NCBI GenBank assembly: GCA_030587475.2
Contig: JAUQYZ020000102.1
Location: forward strand, 26,012 to 90,011
Direction: 5' to 3'
From: Candidatus Sigynarchaeum calidifontis
GTDB taxonomy: Archaea > Asgardarchaeota > Lokiarchaeia > Sigyniarchaeales > Sigyniarchaeaceae
DNA length: 64,000 nt
The notes under the pieces were generated by a model. That model was not told where the DNA came from. It saw only the letters and a list, made by a program, of their open reading frames with translations, and ran no database searches. Shown here in pieces: positions 37,585 through 46,842 of the stretch (position 1 is its first letter; every line of letters starts with the position of its first letter). A program made the position numbers and the translations under genes.

Positions 37585-38893
37585 GCTTCCGGGCCAAGAT
37601 ACGGTTGAAATACCGCATCGATAGGATGTACCACGCGCCAAGGCCCAACATAGCCAGCACGCCGGCGACGAGCCAGTTGAAAAAACCTAATCCGATAACG
37701 AACTGGTCGATGAATGCGAGGAGGCCCATGAATGCTGCGTATACGATACCAAATATAGCGTTTAAACCTCGGATTGCGGGGAAGTATATCGATACAACAA
37801 CGAAAATGCCCACTGCAATGGCGAGGCAAGTTATCAGAACGGGGTTGAACCAGTCATTACTGATGGTTGCAGCGATGAGGGCGGACGAAAGCACGGACAA
37901 GGCAGCGGGCGTGATGTTCAAGACGATAATGTTCTTGACGAGGTCAGGCTCTGACAGCGGTTTTCGCGCCGTCACGATTCGAGGTATCGTGAGGGGGGCG
38001 TCCTTCCCGGTGGATGCCTTGATCAGGTCCCCGTCGATCAATTCAATATCCTTTACCTTGATCGTCGCGCTTTCCTTGAAGCCGTGCACGGACCGGATAA
38101 CATGGAAGGCATTGAAGATATGGGGAATGATAGCGACGATCAGGGCAAGTTCCATGCTGCCGACAATCGCGATGCAGCCGAACGCCATGCCGATGGTCAA
38201 GGTGCCGATATCACCGGGAAATACCTTGGCAGGGTAACGGTTGTAGTGGAAAAAAGCAACGAGTGCCCCGAGGAGCGGCAAGGCTAACATCAGCGCGTTG
38301 TCAAAGTTGTTGATAACCGCGCCGGCGATGAGGGCGAGAGTCACGAAGATAGACGTGCCAGAACCTTGCCCATTATAACCTTCCAGCATGTTCGTGACAT
38401 TCATAAGCACCGCAAGGAAACCCGGGATGAAAATAGCATACAACAAGGACACCCGCAAGAAGCCAGCGAATGGCACGGGTGGATCACCCTTGATAATAAT
38501 CGGTAGGGGAAAACCGGCCATTGGAGCGAGGTATAATGCTGTCATCGGGATGGCAGCAAAGATCACGGAGACGATCTTTTTCCACGCAGAAAGGCGATAT
38601 TTATCGTCCAGGAACCCGATGGCGGCGGCTGCGCAGATACTGACGAGTGCTGCGACCGTCACGAGCGCGTGGCCTGGCATCATGATGATGATCGTGACAA
38701 GCCCCACGACGATCCCAGCAAAGACTGAAATGCCACCAGACTCTGCCACGGCTGGCTTTGCGGACTTATGAATGTCATGGCCAACCCAGTTGATCTTGTG
38801 CATGAAGCGTATTTGCTTCGGGAGGAGCAAGAACGTTACGACGAACGACGCTGCGACGGAGATAACGATGACATACCACTCGACACTAGCCAT
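37574..38893 (-). CDS. aglH: UDP-GlcNAc:dolichyl-phosphate GlcNAc-1-phosphate transferase (AglH/ALG7/DPAGT1, MraY family)
   Basis: 'GHDIHK', 'ESGG', 'IGFLDD', 'NVTNMLEGYNG', 'NRYPAKVFPGDIG'. Confidence 0.9.
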   Translation of the reverse strand: MASVEWYVIVISVAASFVVTFLLLPKQIRFMHKINWVGHDIHKSAKPAVAESGGISVFAGIVVGLVTIIIMMPGHALVTVAALVSICAAAAIGFLDDKYRLSAWKKIVSVIFAAIPMTALYLAPMAGFPLPIIIKGDPPVPFAGFLRVSLLYAIFIPGFLAVLMNVTNMLEGYNGQGSGTSIFVTLALIAGAVINNFDNALMLALPLLGALVAFFHYNRYPAKVFPGDIGTLTIGMAFGCIAIVGSMELALIVAIIPHIFNAFHVIRSVHGFKESATIKVKDIELIDGDLIKASTGKDAPLTIPRIVTARKPLSEPDLVKNIIVLNITPAALSVLSSALIAATISNDWFNPVLITCLAIAVGIFVVVSIYFPAIRGLNAIFGIVYAAFMGLLAFIDQFVIGLGFFNWLVAGVLAMLGLGAWYILSMRYFNRILARKHEA

Positions 38894-39019
38894 ACGAACC
38901 GAACTCGGAGGTTATTGTTGATACAAGGCATACGAGCTATTTTACTCATTTCGCAAGAAGTCGGTAAGTGTACCAATTTTAAAAAATAGGAAGGACTCCT
39001 TCCCACATCTTAATCTACC

Positions 39020-40858
39020 ATGCGAATGTCACGCGTGAAAAGAATGCACATATACCTGAAGCGTGTCTTGACAATATCCATGTTTCTCTTTATGCTCGTC
39101 GGAGTTACGGCTTTAATTTCGTTCACATCGGGCAACCCGCCATGGAGAACCACCACCGGCTCACTCGCGTCGAGTGATGGGATGCCAACGTCATTTCAAG
39201 GGAGAATCTTGTCATTGACGAGAAACGCGACCCTGGACTCCTACGGCACGTTTTTTACAAAGGATTCCATTTCGTTCAAGAACACCGATTCGGAACCCAC
39301 GAGTCACTTCTACATCTGCTTGAATGAAACGCAAACCAGCCAGCTCTACGAGATGATCGTGACCGGCATCACAGGGGAATATTACAATTACGTCATGCTG
39401 GGCTCGAAATTGAGCGGTTATAACACGTGGAGGATCACCTTCCCTGGCCCCGTGATGCCGGGGGAAGTGCACGAGTTCGTCGTTTCCAGGTTTTTCCATG
39501 GCGCCATGACCACCGTGGTAAACAGCACGGGCATGATCGCGAACATCCATCACACCACCTACCCCATAACGCCGTACTACACAGACGTGGAGACGTGCCA
39601 GTTGAAATTGCCCCAGGGCTCCGACGTAACGGAATACCAACCAGAATCAGGCCAACGAACGAATAACATCATCAATTTTGCAGCCCAGAACATGTTCCCA
39701 TTCTTCACTAACTATCTTCACGTGGTATTCAAGCACACGAGCGTCTCGTTCACCGAGACTAGTAGATCTATCGTAACTGTGACGACCAGCATGCAAAACT
39801 GGCGGGTCTCAAACTTCGTGGAGATAAAGAATACCGGGACGAACGATCTGAATTCGCTTATCTTCACGGTTCCGAGCGACGCGAGCGATTTCACGGGGAA
39901 GGATCATCTAGGCTTCATCTCCGGAATTGTCGACACGAAGGTCGTGAGAGGCGGCTTCAAGAACGTCACGATCAACTTGTTGAATAACAGGTACAAGATC
40001 ACGCCTGGCATCAAGTTCGCGTTCACGTTCGAATTCAAGCTCCCCTTGACATCGGCTCGAGTCGCGCAAGGGGACACGCGAAACGCGCTGTTCGTCGATC
40101 TTTTCCAGCTCGTGAAGAACCCCTGGCCCATGAGAAACGTCGAGGTTCGCATCGCGCTGCCACAGGCTTCATATATCGATTTTAACTTGCTGAACGCGAA
40201 ACCCGTCGCGGTCGACAACCAGAACGGCATGCAATACCTCATCTATCGCCAGTTAGGGACTGCGCTCGAATCTTCGAAGGTCGTGACGATAATATACGAG
40301 TATTCGACCCTCGCGATGCAGATCAGGCCCTTGGTTATCACCCTCGTGGTAGGTCTGGTGGCCACTTTTCTCATCATGGCCCGAAAGATCTTCATGCACT
40401 TCGAGCAGCCAGTCGTGACCGTTTCAGATGCACTCCCGATCGAAGCCTTGAAGGAATTTTCTAGCATCTTCGAGGAGAAAGTCGCCGCATACTTGGACCT
40501 CGACACGCTCAACGAGGATTTTCAACGACGCAAGATAAAGAAACGCGAGTACCAGATAAAGGTGGACGATTTAACCCATAGGATCAAGCTGCTCGACAAC
40601 CAGATCCGGCCGTCAAAACGTAAACTCGTTGAATTCGGCGGGAGATTCAAGGAAATCATAGACGAGCTGGATTTGCTCGAAACAGAACGTCAATCTGTCC
40701 AGGACAGCTTGATCACGCTCGAGCGCCGCTACAAGGACGGGCAAATTAAATCCAGAGTAGCATACGAGCAGTTATATGATAATTATGCGTCGCGCTTGAG
40801 AAGAATCCAAGGAAGTATAGATAGCGGGGTCAACGAACTGAAAAGTTACTTCAGTTAG
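39020..40858 (+). CDS. Ribophorin I (OST1/RPN1)-like oligosaccharyltransferase subunit
   Basis: Signal anchor, two tandem beta-rich luminal domains ('YPITPYYT', 'RYKITPG..F.FTF', 'VRIALPQ'), one TM, C-terminal helical bundle; this is RPN1 architecture. Confidence 0.75.
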   Translation: MRMSRVKRMHIYLKRVLTISMFLFMLVGVTALISFTSGNPPWRTTTGSLASSDGMPTSFQGRILSLTRNATLDSYGTFFTKDSISFKNTDSEPTSHFYICLNETQTSQLYEMIVTGITGEYYNYVMLGSKLSGYNTWRITFPGPVMPGEVHEFVVSRFFHGAMTTVVNSTGMIANIHHTTYPITPYYTDVETCQLKLPQGSDVTEYQPESGQRTNNIINFAAQNMFPFFTNYLHVVFKHTSVSFTETSRSIVTVTTSMQNWRVSNFVEIKNTGTNDLNSLIFTVPSDASDFTGKDHLGFISGIVDTKVVRGGFKNVTINLLNNRYKITPGIKFAFTFEFKLPLTSARVAQGDTRNALFVDLFQLVKNPWPMRNVEVRIALPQASYIDFNLLNAKPVAVDNQNGMQYLIYRQLGTALESSKVVTIIYEYSTLAMQIRPLVITLVVGLVATFLIMARKIFMHFEQPVVTVSDALPIEALKEFSSIFEEKVAAYLDLDTLNEDFQRRKIKKREYQIKVDDLTHRIKLLDNQIRPSKRKLVEFGGRFKEIIDELDLLETERQSVQDSLITLERRYKDGQIKSRVAYEQLYDNYASRLRRIQGSIDSGVNELKSYFS

Positions 40859-40955
40859 TATTATCTTTGTTTCTTTCATTCCTCCAAAGGTTTTTTGTGC
40901 ATTTCCTCAAGCTTAATTAGAACCAACGGCCTCTTTGATACGGAGTGAAATAACG

Positions 40956-41633
40956 ATGAAGCCATGGTTGCTAGAAATACTTGCATGCCCCATCGATAAG
41001 TACTACCCGCTAGACCTTTCCATTTATGCTATCGAGGATCTAAACTCTTTCTTGCAGAAAGTAGGAAACCTGGAAGAAATGAAGAAGGATCTTTCATTCT
41101 TTTTCAAGAACAACATCGATGATGATGAGCCAAGCAGTAACGTGGCGATCATCAACTTCGATGATTCCAGCAAGGAATTACTCGTGTTTGACACGCTCGT
41201 CCGGAAACCATCACCCGCGGTCACGTACCTGGAAAAAATGCTGGCCAGCATCGACGAACTCAAGCCTATTGTCGATTATAGTCATGCCAAGGTGAAGGAA
41301 ACGATCACCACGCTATTGGCTCTCAAGGACAAGTTCAAGAAGGTGATCGACAGTGTTACGGGGGCGGGTATCACGCCGGCACGGCAGCGAGAAGCGATCC
41401 AGGCCATCGAACCAGACTTGATCCTGTTAAACTGGTTCAAGCAAGCCGTCGAGATCGAGTCTGGCATCATGACATGTTCCAAGTGCCACCGGTGGTTCCC
41501 GATACGCGATAGCATCCCGCAAATGCTACCGGACGAGCTGCGGAAGGAGAAATACGACAAGGAATTCCTCGAAACGTGGAAAAACAGGATTGATACCAGC
41601 ATCGTCAGGAATGGGGCTCCATTCCACTTGTGA
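40956..41633 (+). CDS. trm112: Trm112 family methyltransferase activator with a long central helical insertion
   Basis: 'MKPWLLEILACPIDK..PL' and 'IESGIMTCSKCHRWFPIRDSIPQMLPDE'. Confidence 0.88.
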   Translation: MKPWLLEILACPIDKYYPLDLSIYAIEDLNSFLQKVGNLEEMKKDLSFFFKNNIDDDEPSSNVAIINFDDSSKELLVFDTLVRKPSPAVTYLEKMLASIDELKPIVDYSHAKVKETITTLLALKDKFKKVIDSVTGAGITPARQREAIQAIEPDLILLNWFKQAVEIESGIMTCSKCHRWFPIRDSIPQMLPDELRKEKYDKEFLETWKNRIDTSIVRNGAPFHL

Positions 41634-42514
41634 TCAAACACCGACGCGGTGATCCCGTGGCTATCGAAGACGTGACGTTCCCACCGCTCGCCCGTTCTTA
41701 TTATGCTTCTTGCTTTCAGCGGATCAAGCAATCGCTGCCCCTGGACTTCAACGCGGACGTGACGACGCGCGATTTCTTGGAACACGAACTCGGCAGGTTC
41801 GGTGTAACGAAAAGCGGGCGGGAAGCCATCGGCAGTCTTCAGGCCCGAAGAAAAAAAACATGCATCGTTTCAGCGCCGGGACCAACGTTGGAAAGCCGGA
41901 TCGATGCTCTCGCGTCCCTTTTGAAAATGAAGGACCGGCCCATGGCTATCATCTCGGTCGATGGCGCGGCACGCTTGTTAATGGATAAAGGGATTTCCAC
42001 CGACTTCGTCGTGACCGATCTCGACGGGTTGACCACGGATGACGTCATTAACCTTCACGACGAGTGGCACGCCACGATCGTGGTCCACGGCCACGGCGAC
42101 AACCTCCCGGCCGTGAAGGCGCTCCTCGAGAGTGCCAGCCCCGATGAGCGGTACGTGTTCACGACCCAGGTCGAACCGACGTTGCACGTGTGCAATCTTG
42201 GCGGATTCACGGACGGAGATAGGGCGGTCTTCGTTGGCTTGGCTTTTGGATTCACGCGATTGGTGCTCGTGGCCATGGATCTGGATGCGAACACGATCGG
42301 CACTTATTCGAAACCTATGCGGGTTAACACGCCGGATAGCACGCGCGCGACGGCGTGCCACCCGATCAAGCGCCGCAAGCTACAGGTCGCCCTATCGACC
42401 CTACGCTGGCTAGCACGCGAGGCACCGCCAGGGTGCCGTATCCAGACCTTTCAAAAGCTGCCCCCCTTTGATTTCCTGGAAAACATCACGAGGCTCGAGG
42501 AGCTGGCAGGGTGA
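41630..42514 (+). CDS. mptE: 6-hydroxymethyl-7,8-dihydropterin pyrophosphokinase (MptE-like, DUF115)
   Basis: 'VDGA', 'VVTDLDG', 'VHGHGDN', 'TTQ', 'GGFTDGDRA'. Confidence 0.88.
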   Translation: MIKHRRGDPVAIEDVTFPPLARSYYASCFQRIKQSLPLDFNADVTTRDFLEHELGRFGVTKSGREAIGSLQARRKKTCIVSAPGPTLESRIDALASLLKMKDRPMAIISVDGAARLLMDKGISTDFVVTDLDGLTTDDVINLHDEWHATIVVHGHGDNLPAVKALLESASPDERYVFTTQVEPTLHVCNLGGFTDGDRAVFVGLAFGFTRLVLVAMDLDANTIGTYSKPMRVNTPDSTRATACHPIKRRKLQVALSTLRWLAREAPPGCRIQTFQKLPPFDFLENITRLEELAG

Positions 42515-44616
42515 TCGCCGTGGAATACCTCATCATTGCAGAGAAACCAGCTGCCGCCGCCAAGATCGGCGCCGCGCTCGACGTTGGAGGAAAACCCACC
42601 GAGATCAAAATGGGCAAGGGAACATCCTACCTGCATATAACTCTATTTGACACCATGGAAAAGGCCATCATCATCAATGGCGCGGGCCACTTGCATACCC
42701 TCGAGCGAGCGAAGGCAAGCAAGGGGCTTCCCGTGTTCGATTTCACCTGGGTGAAGAACCGCCAGAATAAGCGTGCCTTCCTTTATCTGAACACCATAGA
42801 AGCCGTGACACGGGGTCGATCGTTCGACCGGTATGTCGTCGCCACGGATTACGACACGGAGGGCAGCGTTATCGGGTACAACATCCTCCGGTTCTCGTGC
42901 GTGCCGGCGAAGGGTCAGTTCAGGGACGTTTTAGCGAAAGCAAGCCGGATGAAATTCTCCGCGCTCACCCCGGCCGAGCTCCGCGCGTCCTGGAAGGCCA
43001 AGAACCCCGTGCTCGATTGCGCCCGGGTCGAAGCTGGATGCACGAGGCATCGTGTCGATATCATGTTCGGGATCAACATGTCCGCGGCGATCACCGACGC
43101 CGTGAAGTCCGCTGGCAAGGGATACCACGTGTTTTCCATCGGGCGCGTGCAAGGGCCGACATTGAAGGAAGTGTGCGAGAGGGACGCCGCCATCGCCAAA
43201 CACGTGCCGGAAGCTTACTGGGAGGCACGCGCACGCGTGCAATCGCAAACGGGTGGGAATGAATTTGCCCTAGAGAGCGTGCCACCCTCCTTCAAGAACG
43301 AGGCGGACGCGCTGGCGATCAAGCGCGATTGCGAGGGTAGGATAGCAATCGTGTCGAACATCCAGTCTAGGCAGATGTCGAAAAAATCGCCACCCCCGTT
43401 CAACCTCGCCAGCCTCCAGCGGGAGGCGAGCCATTTGTTCAAGTTCAAGCCAGCGAAGACCCTCAAGCTGGCCGAAAAACTTTATCTTGACGCGCTTATC
43501 TCTTATCCACGCACCGACAGCGAGATCATCCCGCCGGAGATCGATGTCAAGGCGTTGTTGCTCGCCATCGAGGCTGAACCGGCTTACCAAATAGATGCGC
43601 GGGCCGTGTTACAGCGCGGGAATCTCTTGCCATGCAAGGGCACCAAGACAGACGAGGCGCATCCCCCGATATTGCCGACGGGTGTTAACAAGAAGGGAAT
43701 TGCACTTTCAAGGGACGAGGCTTCCTTGCTCGACTTGATCACGAGGCGATTCCTCGCGCTTTTCGGCCCGGATTTGGTTTGGGAAGAGCGTACCCACGAG
43801 CTCATCTCGGGTGGCCATCCCTTCAAACTCGTGTCGTGCAAGCTCGTCTCCGAGGGCTGGGCGAGCCAATACAAGTACTACCCGACAAAAGGCCTGGACG
43901 ATGATGCCGGGTTGAGGATGGGCCAGCAATTGCTCGTCCAGCGGGTCGATGTCTTGAAGAAACACACGCTCCCGCCACCGCACCATTCCGAGATCACGTT
44001 GATCGGGTACATGGAACGCGTGAAAATAGGCACGAAAAGCACTCGAGCCGAGATCATCGAAAAGCTCAAGGAAAGAGGGTATATTGAAGCCGATCCCATC
44101 AGGATCACGCCGCTCGGGAAAAAAATCGTGGAGATTTTCGAAACGTTCCTGCCGGCCATCGTGTCTGTCGACATGACCCGGGAGCTCGAGGATGATATAG
44201 ACGCGATCCTCGACGGCAAGCAACACGAAGGCACGGTCATCGAGAAAACAAAGGACATCATCACGGCAATGCTCTCGCAATTCAAGAACAAGGAGCGGGA
44301 AATCGGCGCGGAGCTGGGACAGCTGCTCGCGGCCTCACTTGCCTCCTCGACTCAAAAGCTGGTGCTGGGCAGGTGTCCGTCGTGCAAGCATCACGATCTG
44401 ATCCTTGTCAAGACGATGGGCAAGAAACGATTCATCACGTGCGAGGGACGCTCGGACGGCACCTGCACGCTTACGCTACCCGTCATCCAAACGGGGAAGA
44501 TCTATCCCTCGAAGAAAAACTGCACGGAATGCGGCTACCCGATGATAACATGTTACTTGAAGGGGAAAAAACCCTGGGAATTTTGCGTGAACTGGTCGAA
44601 ACACGCTAGGACGTGA
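42511..44616 (+). CDS. topA: Type IA DNA topoisomerase (archaeal TopA/Topo III type)
   Basis: TOPRIM 'IAEKP', 'ATDYDTEG', 'SIGRVQGPTL', catalytic 'ISYPRTDS', 'GTKSTR', C-terminal Zn ribbons. Confidence 0.95.
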   Translation: MIAVEYLIIAEKPAAAAKIGAALDVGGKPTEIKMGKGTSYLHITLFDTMEKAIIINGAGHLHTLERAKASKGLPVFDFTWVKNRQNKRAFLYLNTIEAVTRGRSFDRYVVATDYDTEGSVIGYNILRFSCVPAKGQFRDVLAKASRMKFSALTPAELRASWKAKNPVLDCARVEAGCTRHRVDIMFGINMSAAITDAVKSAGKGYHVFSIGRVQGPTLKEVCERDAAIAKHVPEAYWEARARVQSQTGGNEFALESVPPSFKNEADALAIKRDCEGRIAIVSNIQSRQMSKKSPPPFNLASLQREASHLFKFKPAKTLKLAEKLYLDALISYPRTDSEIIPPEIDVKALLLAIEAEPAYQIDARAVLQRGNLLPCKGTKTDEAHPPILPTGVNKKGIALSRDEASLLDLITRRFLALFGPDLVWEERTHELISGGHPFKLVSCKLVSEGWASQYKYYPTKGLDDDAGLRMGQQLLVQRVDVLKKHTLPPPHHSEITLIGYMERVKIGTKSTRAEIIEKLKERGYIEADPIRITPLGKKIVEIFETFLPAIVSVDMTRELEDDIDAILDGKQHEGTVIEKTKDIITAMLSQFKNKEREIGAELGQLLAASLASSTQKLVLGRCPSCKHHDLILVKTMGKKRFITCEGRSDGTCTLTLPVIQTGKIYPSKKNCTECGYPMITCYLKGKKPWEFCVNWSKHART

Positions 44617-45514
44617 TTCCGCCGGGGCCGATGCGGAAACGCACCTCGCGCTCTTTACACGTGACGCTCTTCATCGACCGTGCCACGTGGATTGCCGCGT
44701 CGAGCTCGTCTTTCCGAGTGAATATCGCGTGGTCGGAACGCCCGAGCCACACGTTACTATTTGATGGCAAGGGCAAGTTTCCGGCGGCATGGTTCGTGAA
44801 CACGACACATGCGCCGTGACCTCGCGAGATTGTCCGAATCCGCTCCGCCATGTCGAGCAACAACCGCTGGCGCTTCACGGGTTCGTCCTGGTCGAGGGGG
44901 AACGACGAGGGTAAGACCGAGTCGACGACGAGAAGGGGTATGAACACGCCACGCCGCATCATGGATTCGACCGTGCCAAGCAACGTGATGAGGTGAGGGG
45001 AGGAATAGCATGTTGCGACGAATATCTTGTTCAAATCGATCTGGCCACCGGCGTGCTGCACGAGCCGTTCTGGCCGGAAGGAATGCTCGCTATCGATGAC
45101 TGCAACCTTCATATCCTTGCCGAACGGGTGCCGCAAAAACGATATTATGGCCAGGTAGCCGAGTTCCGTTTTTCCAGATCCCGCGGGGCCGAAAAACTGG
45201 TAGGTTTTCCCTGTTTGAAAACCACCGCCTAGCAGCTCGTCGATGCACGGCACGCCAGTCGGCACGCGAGTGCTGGCAGGCCGGTGGCCGAGCTCGGCGA
45301 TCCTCGCTGGGCTAACGACGTCGATGGCGCGCTTGAACTCTAGTCGCAAGGTTTCGCTAACGACATTCGCTTCTGCATCCGATAATGACAGAATCGAGGC
45401 CAACTCGCGTGGGGAGCTGCAGAGCAACGGGAGCAAGAACCACCGGTACCCCTTGTACGTGCTTCCAAGGCGTGACTCGAGGAACTCGGACAGCTTGTGT
45501 TGGATCGATGTCAT
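44606..45514 (-). CDS. RadA/Rad51-family paralog
   Basis: 'PTGVPCIDELLGGGFQTG', Walker A 'GPAGSGKT', 'IDSEHSFRPERL', Walker B 'LVVDS', 'VFTNH'. Confidence 0.88.
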   Translation of the reverse strand: MTSIQHKLSEFLESRLGSTYKGYRWFLLPLLCSSPRELASILSLSDAEANVVSETLRLEFKRAIDVVSPARIAELGHRPASTRVPTGVPCIDELLGGGFQTGKTYQFFGPAGSGKTELGYLAIISFLRHPFGKDMKVAVIDSEHSFRPERLVQHAGGQIDLNKIFVATCYSSPHLITLLGTVESMMRRGVFIPLLVVDSVLPSSFPLDQDEPVKRQRLLLDMAERIRTISRGHGACVVFTNHAAGNLPLPSNSNVWLGRSDHAIFTRKDELDAAIHVARSMKSVTCKEREVRFRIGPGGITS

Positions 45515-45659
45515 GTTGCCATGATACTTCTGACGAACGGGAATTAATGCTTCTTCTTTCTTTCAACCGAAGGATCAAGGGTGCATTGAGGGAATGCGGT
45601 TTTTATCGGAAGCGCTCAGCCATAACAAGCGTGAACGTGGCTCGATTCTTGAAACAAGT

Positions 45660-45700
45660 GAATATTTAAATATCCTCACTTGTATATATGCTATAAAAAG
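45660..45700. promoter_or_regulatory. AT-rich divergent promoter region between the radA paralog and TFE-beta
   Basis: Palindrome ATATTTAAATAT (45662-45673) and TATATAT/TATAAAAA boxes before the TTG at 45718. Confidence 0.45.
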
Positions 45701-45717
45701 CGAAGGGTGGTAAAAAA

Positions 45718-46122
45718 TTGGAGAGTACGACACAAATGCAGAGGGTAAAAGAGTACATGGCCGAAAAGGAGATAGCCAAGCCATCGACCATCTCGTCGAC
45801 CTTGAAAATCAATCCAGCAAGGTTGAATAGCATCATCGGCGACCTCGAACGCGAGGGTTTTCTCGAAAAGCGTAAATCCTTAGACCGGGGTCACCATGTT
45901 AACACGGTCGTGCTTGTAAAGAACGAGATCCAATCACCGGCACAAAAAAACATCAAGCAATCGGTCGTCGTACCTTCCATCGATCGCATTCCTGGCGCTT
46001 GCAAGACGATGTTCGAAAGCCCGTGTTTCTTTTGTAACAAGCTGGAAACGTGTGGAGAGGATAGCATTATCAACTATTACAATTGTCCCAAGCTGAACGA
46101 GTTCATCTCGAAACCGCTCTAA
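45718..46122 (+). CDS. tfeB: TFE-beta / RPC34(hRPC39)-like protein (winged helix plus Fe-S Cys cluster)
   Basis: wHTH ('LNSIIGDLEREGFLEK'); C-terminal 'PCFFC..LETC.......NCPKLNEF' matches the RPC34 4Fe-4S motif. Confidence 0.82.
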   Translation: MESTTQMQRVKEYMAEKEIAKPSTISSTLKINPARLNSIIGDLEREGFLEKRKSLDRGHHVNTVVLVKNEIQSPAQKNIKQSVVVPSIDRIPGACKTMFESPCFFCNKLETCGEDSIINYYNCPKLNEFISKPL

Positions 46123-46136
46123 CCCGTGTGGGTTTT

Positions 46137-46769
46137 TCATTCGATGTTTTTTTTGTTTTTACAAATGAAGTAAAACTCGGGCGAGCCCTTTTGAGACGAG
46201 GATGGCTTGGTCCTGAACACGTCCGCGAAAAGGTCTTTCAAGGCGCCCTCGAGCTCCTTCGACTCCTCGGGAAGGCCCTGGAACGACTTGACGACGCAAT
46301 TCCCCCCGGGTAGGAGCAAGTGCCTGCAGATATCGACCACGCGCATGGAAAGTTCGTGCTGGCGAAATAAATCGACGCTCCTGGCGCCAGTGAACTTCGG
46401 TGCGCAGTCCGAAAGCACGACCGAGATGAACGGAGCTGTTTTTCCGGTTACCTTGCACACGGCGTCGAAAAAGTCCGCGTCCATGATGTCTTTCTTCAGG
46501 AAAGAAACCCGGCCCGAGACGGGACGGACGGTTTGGATGTCAACCCCGATGATCCCGGCGATCGTGGGATGCTCGTCGTGGACATATTGCGTCCACGAGC
46601 CGGGGGCACTACATAGATCGAGTACCCACCCGCTTTCCCCGAAAATGCCATATTTGTCGTCGATTTGCTTGATCTTGTATGCCGCGCGGGAAGCGTAGCC
46701 ATCGATTTTGGCCTGGCGGTAGTAAGTCTCGTGGCGGCGTTCGTGAATCCAGCGCTTGTCGCTCGGCAT
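46137..46769 (-). CDS. rlmE: RlmE/FtsJ (RrmJ) family rRNA 2'-O-methyltransferase
   Basis: 'YYRQAK..GYASRAAYK', 'LDLCSAPGSW', 'VLSDCAP', 'VVKSFQG', 'KPSSS..SPEFY'. Confidence 0.93.
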   Translation of the reverse strand: MPSDKRWIHERRHETYYRQAKIDGYASRAAYKIKQIDDKYGIFGESGWVLDLCSAPGSWTQYVHDEHPTIAGIIGVDIQTVRPVSGRVSFLKKDIMDADFFDAVCKVTGKTAPFISVVLSDCAPKFTGARSVDLFRQHELSMRVVDICRHLLLPGGNCVVKSFQGLPEESKELEGALKDLFADVFRTKPSSSQKGSPEFYFICKNKKNIE

Positions 46770-46842
46770 GATGATCGAGATCGAATAAGCGATCCAACGT
46801 TGATAAACCATATCTAAGCGGGGCATCTTTCACCGCGTGTAC

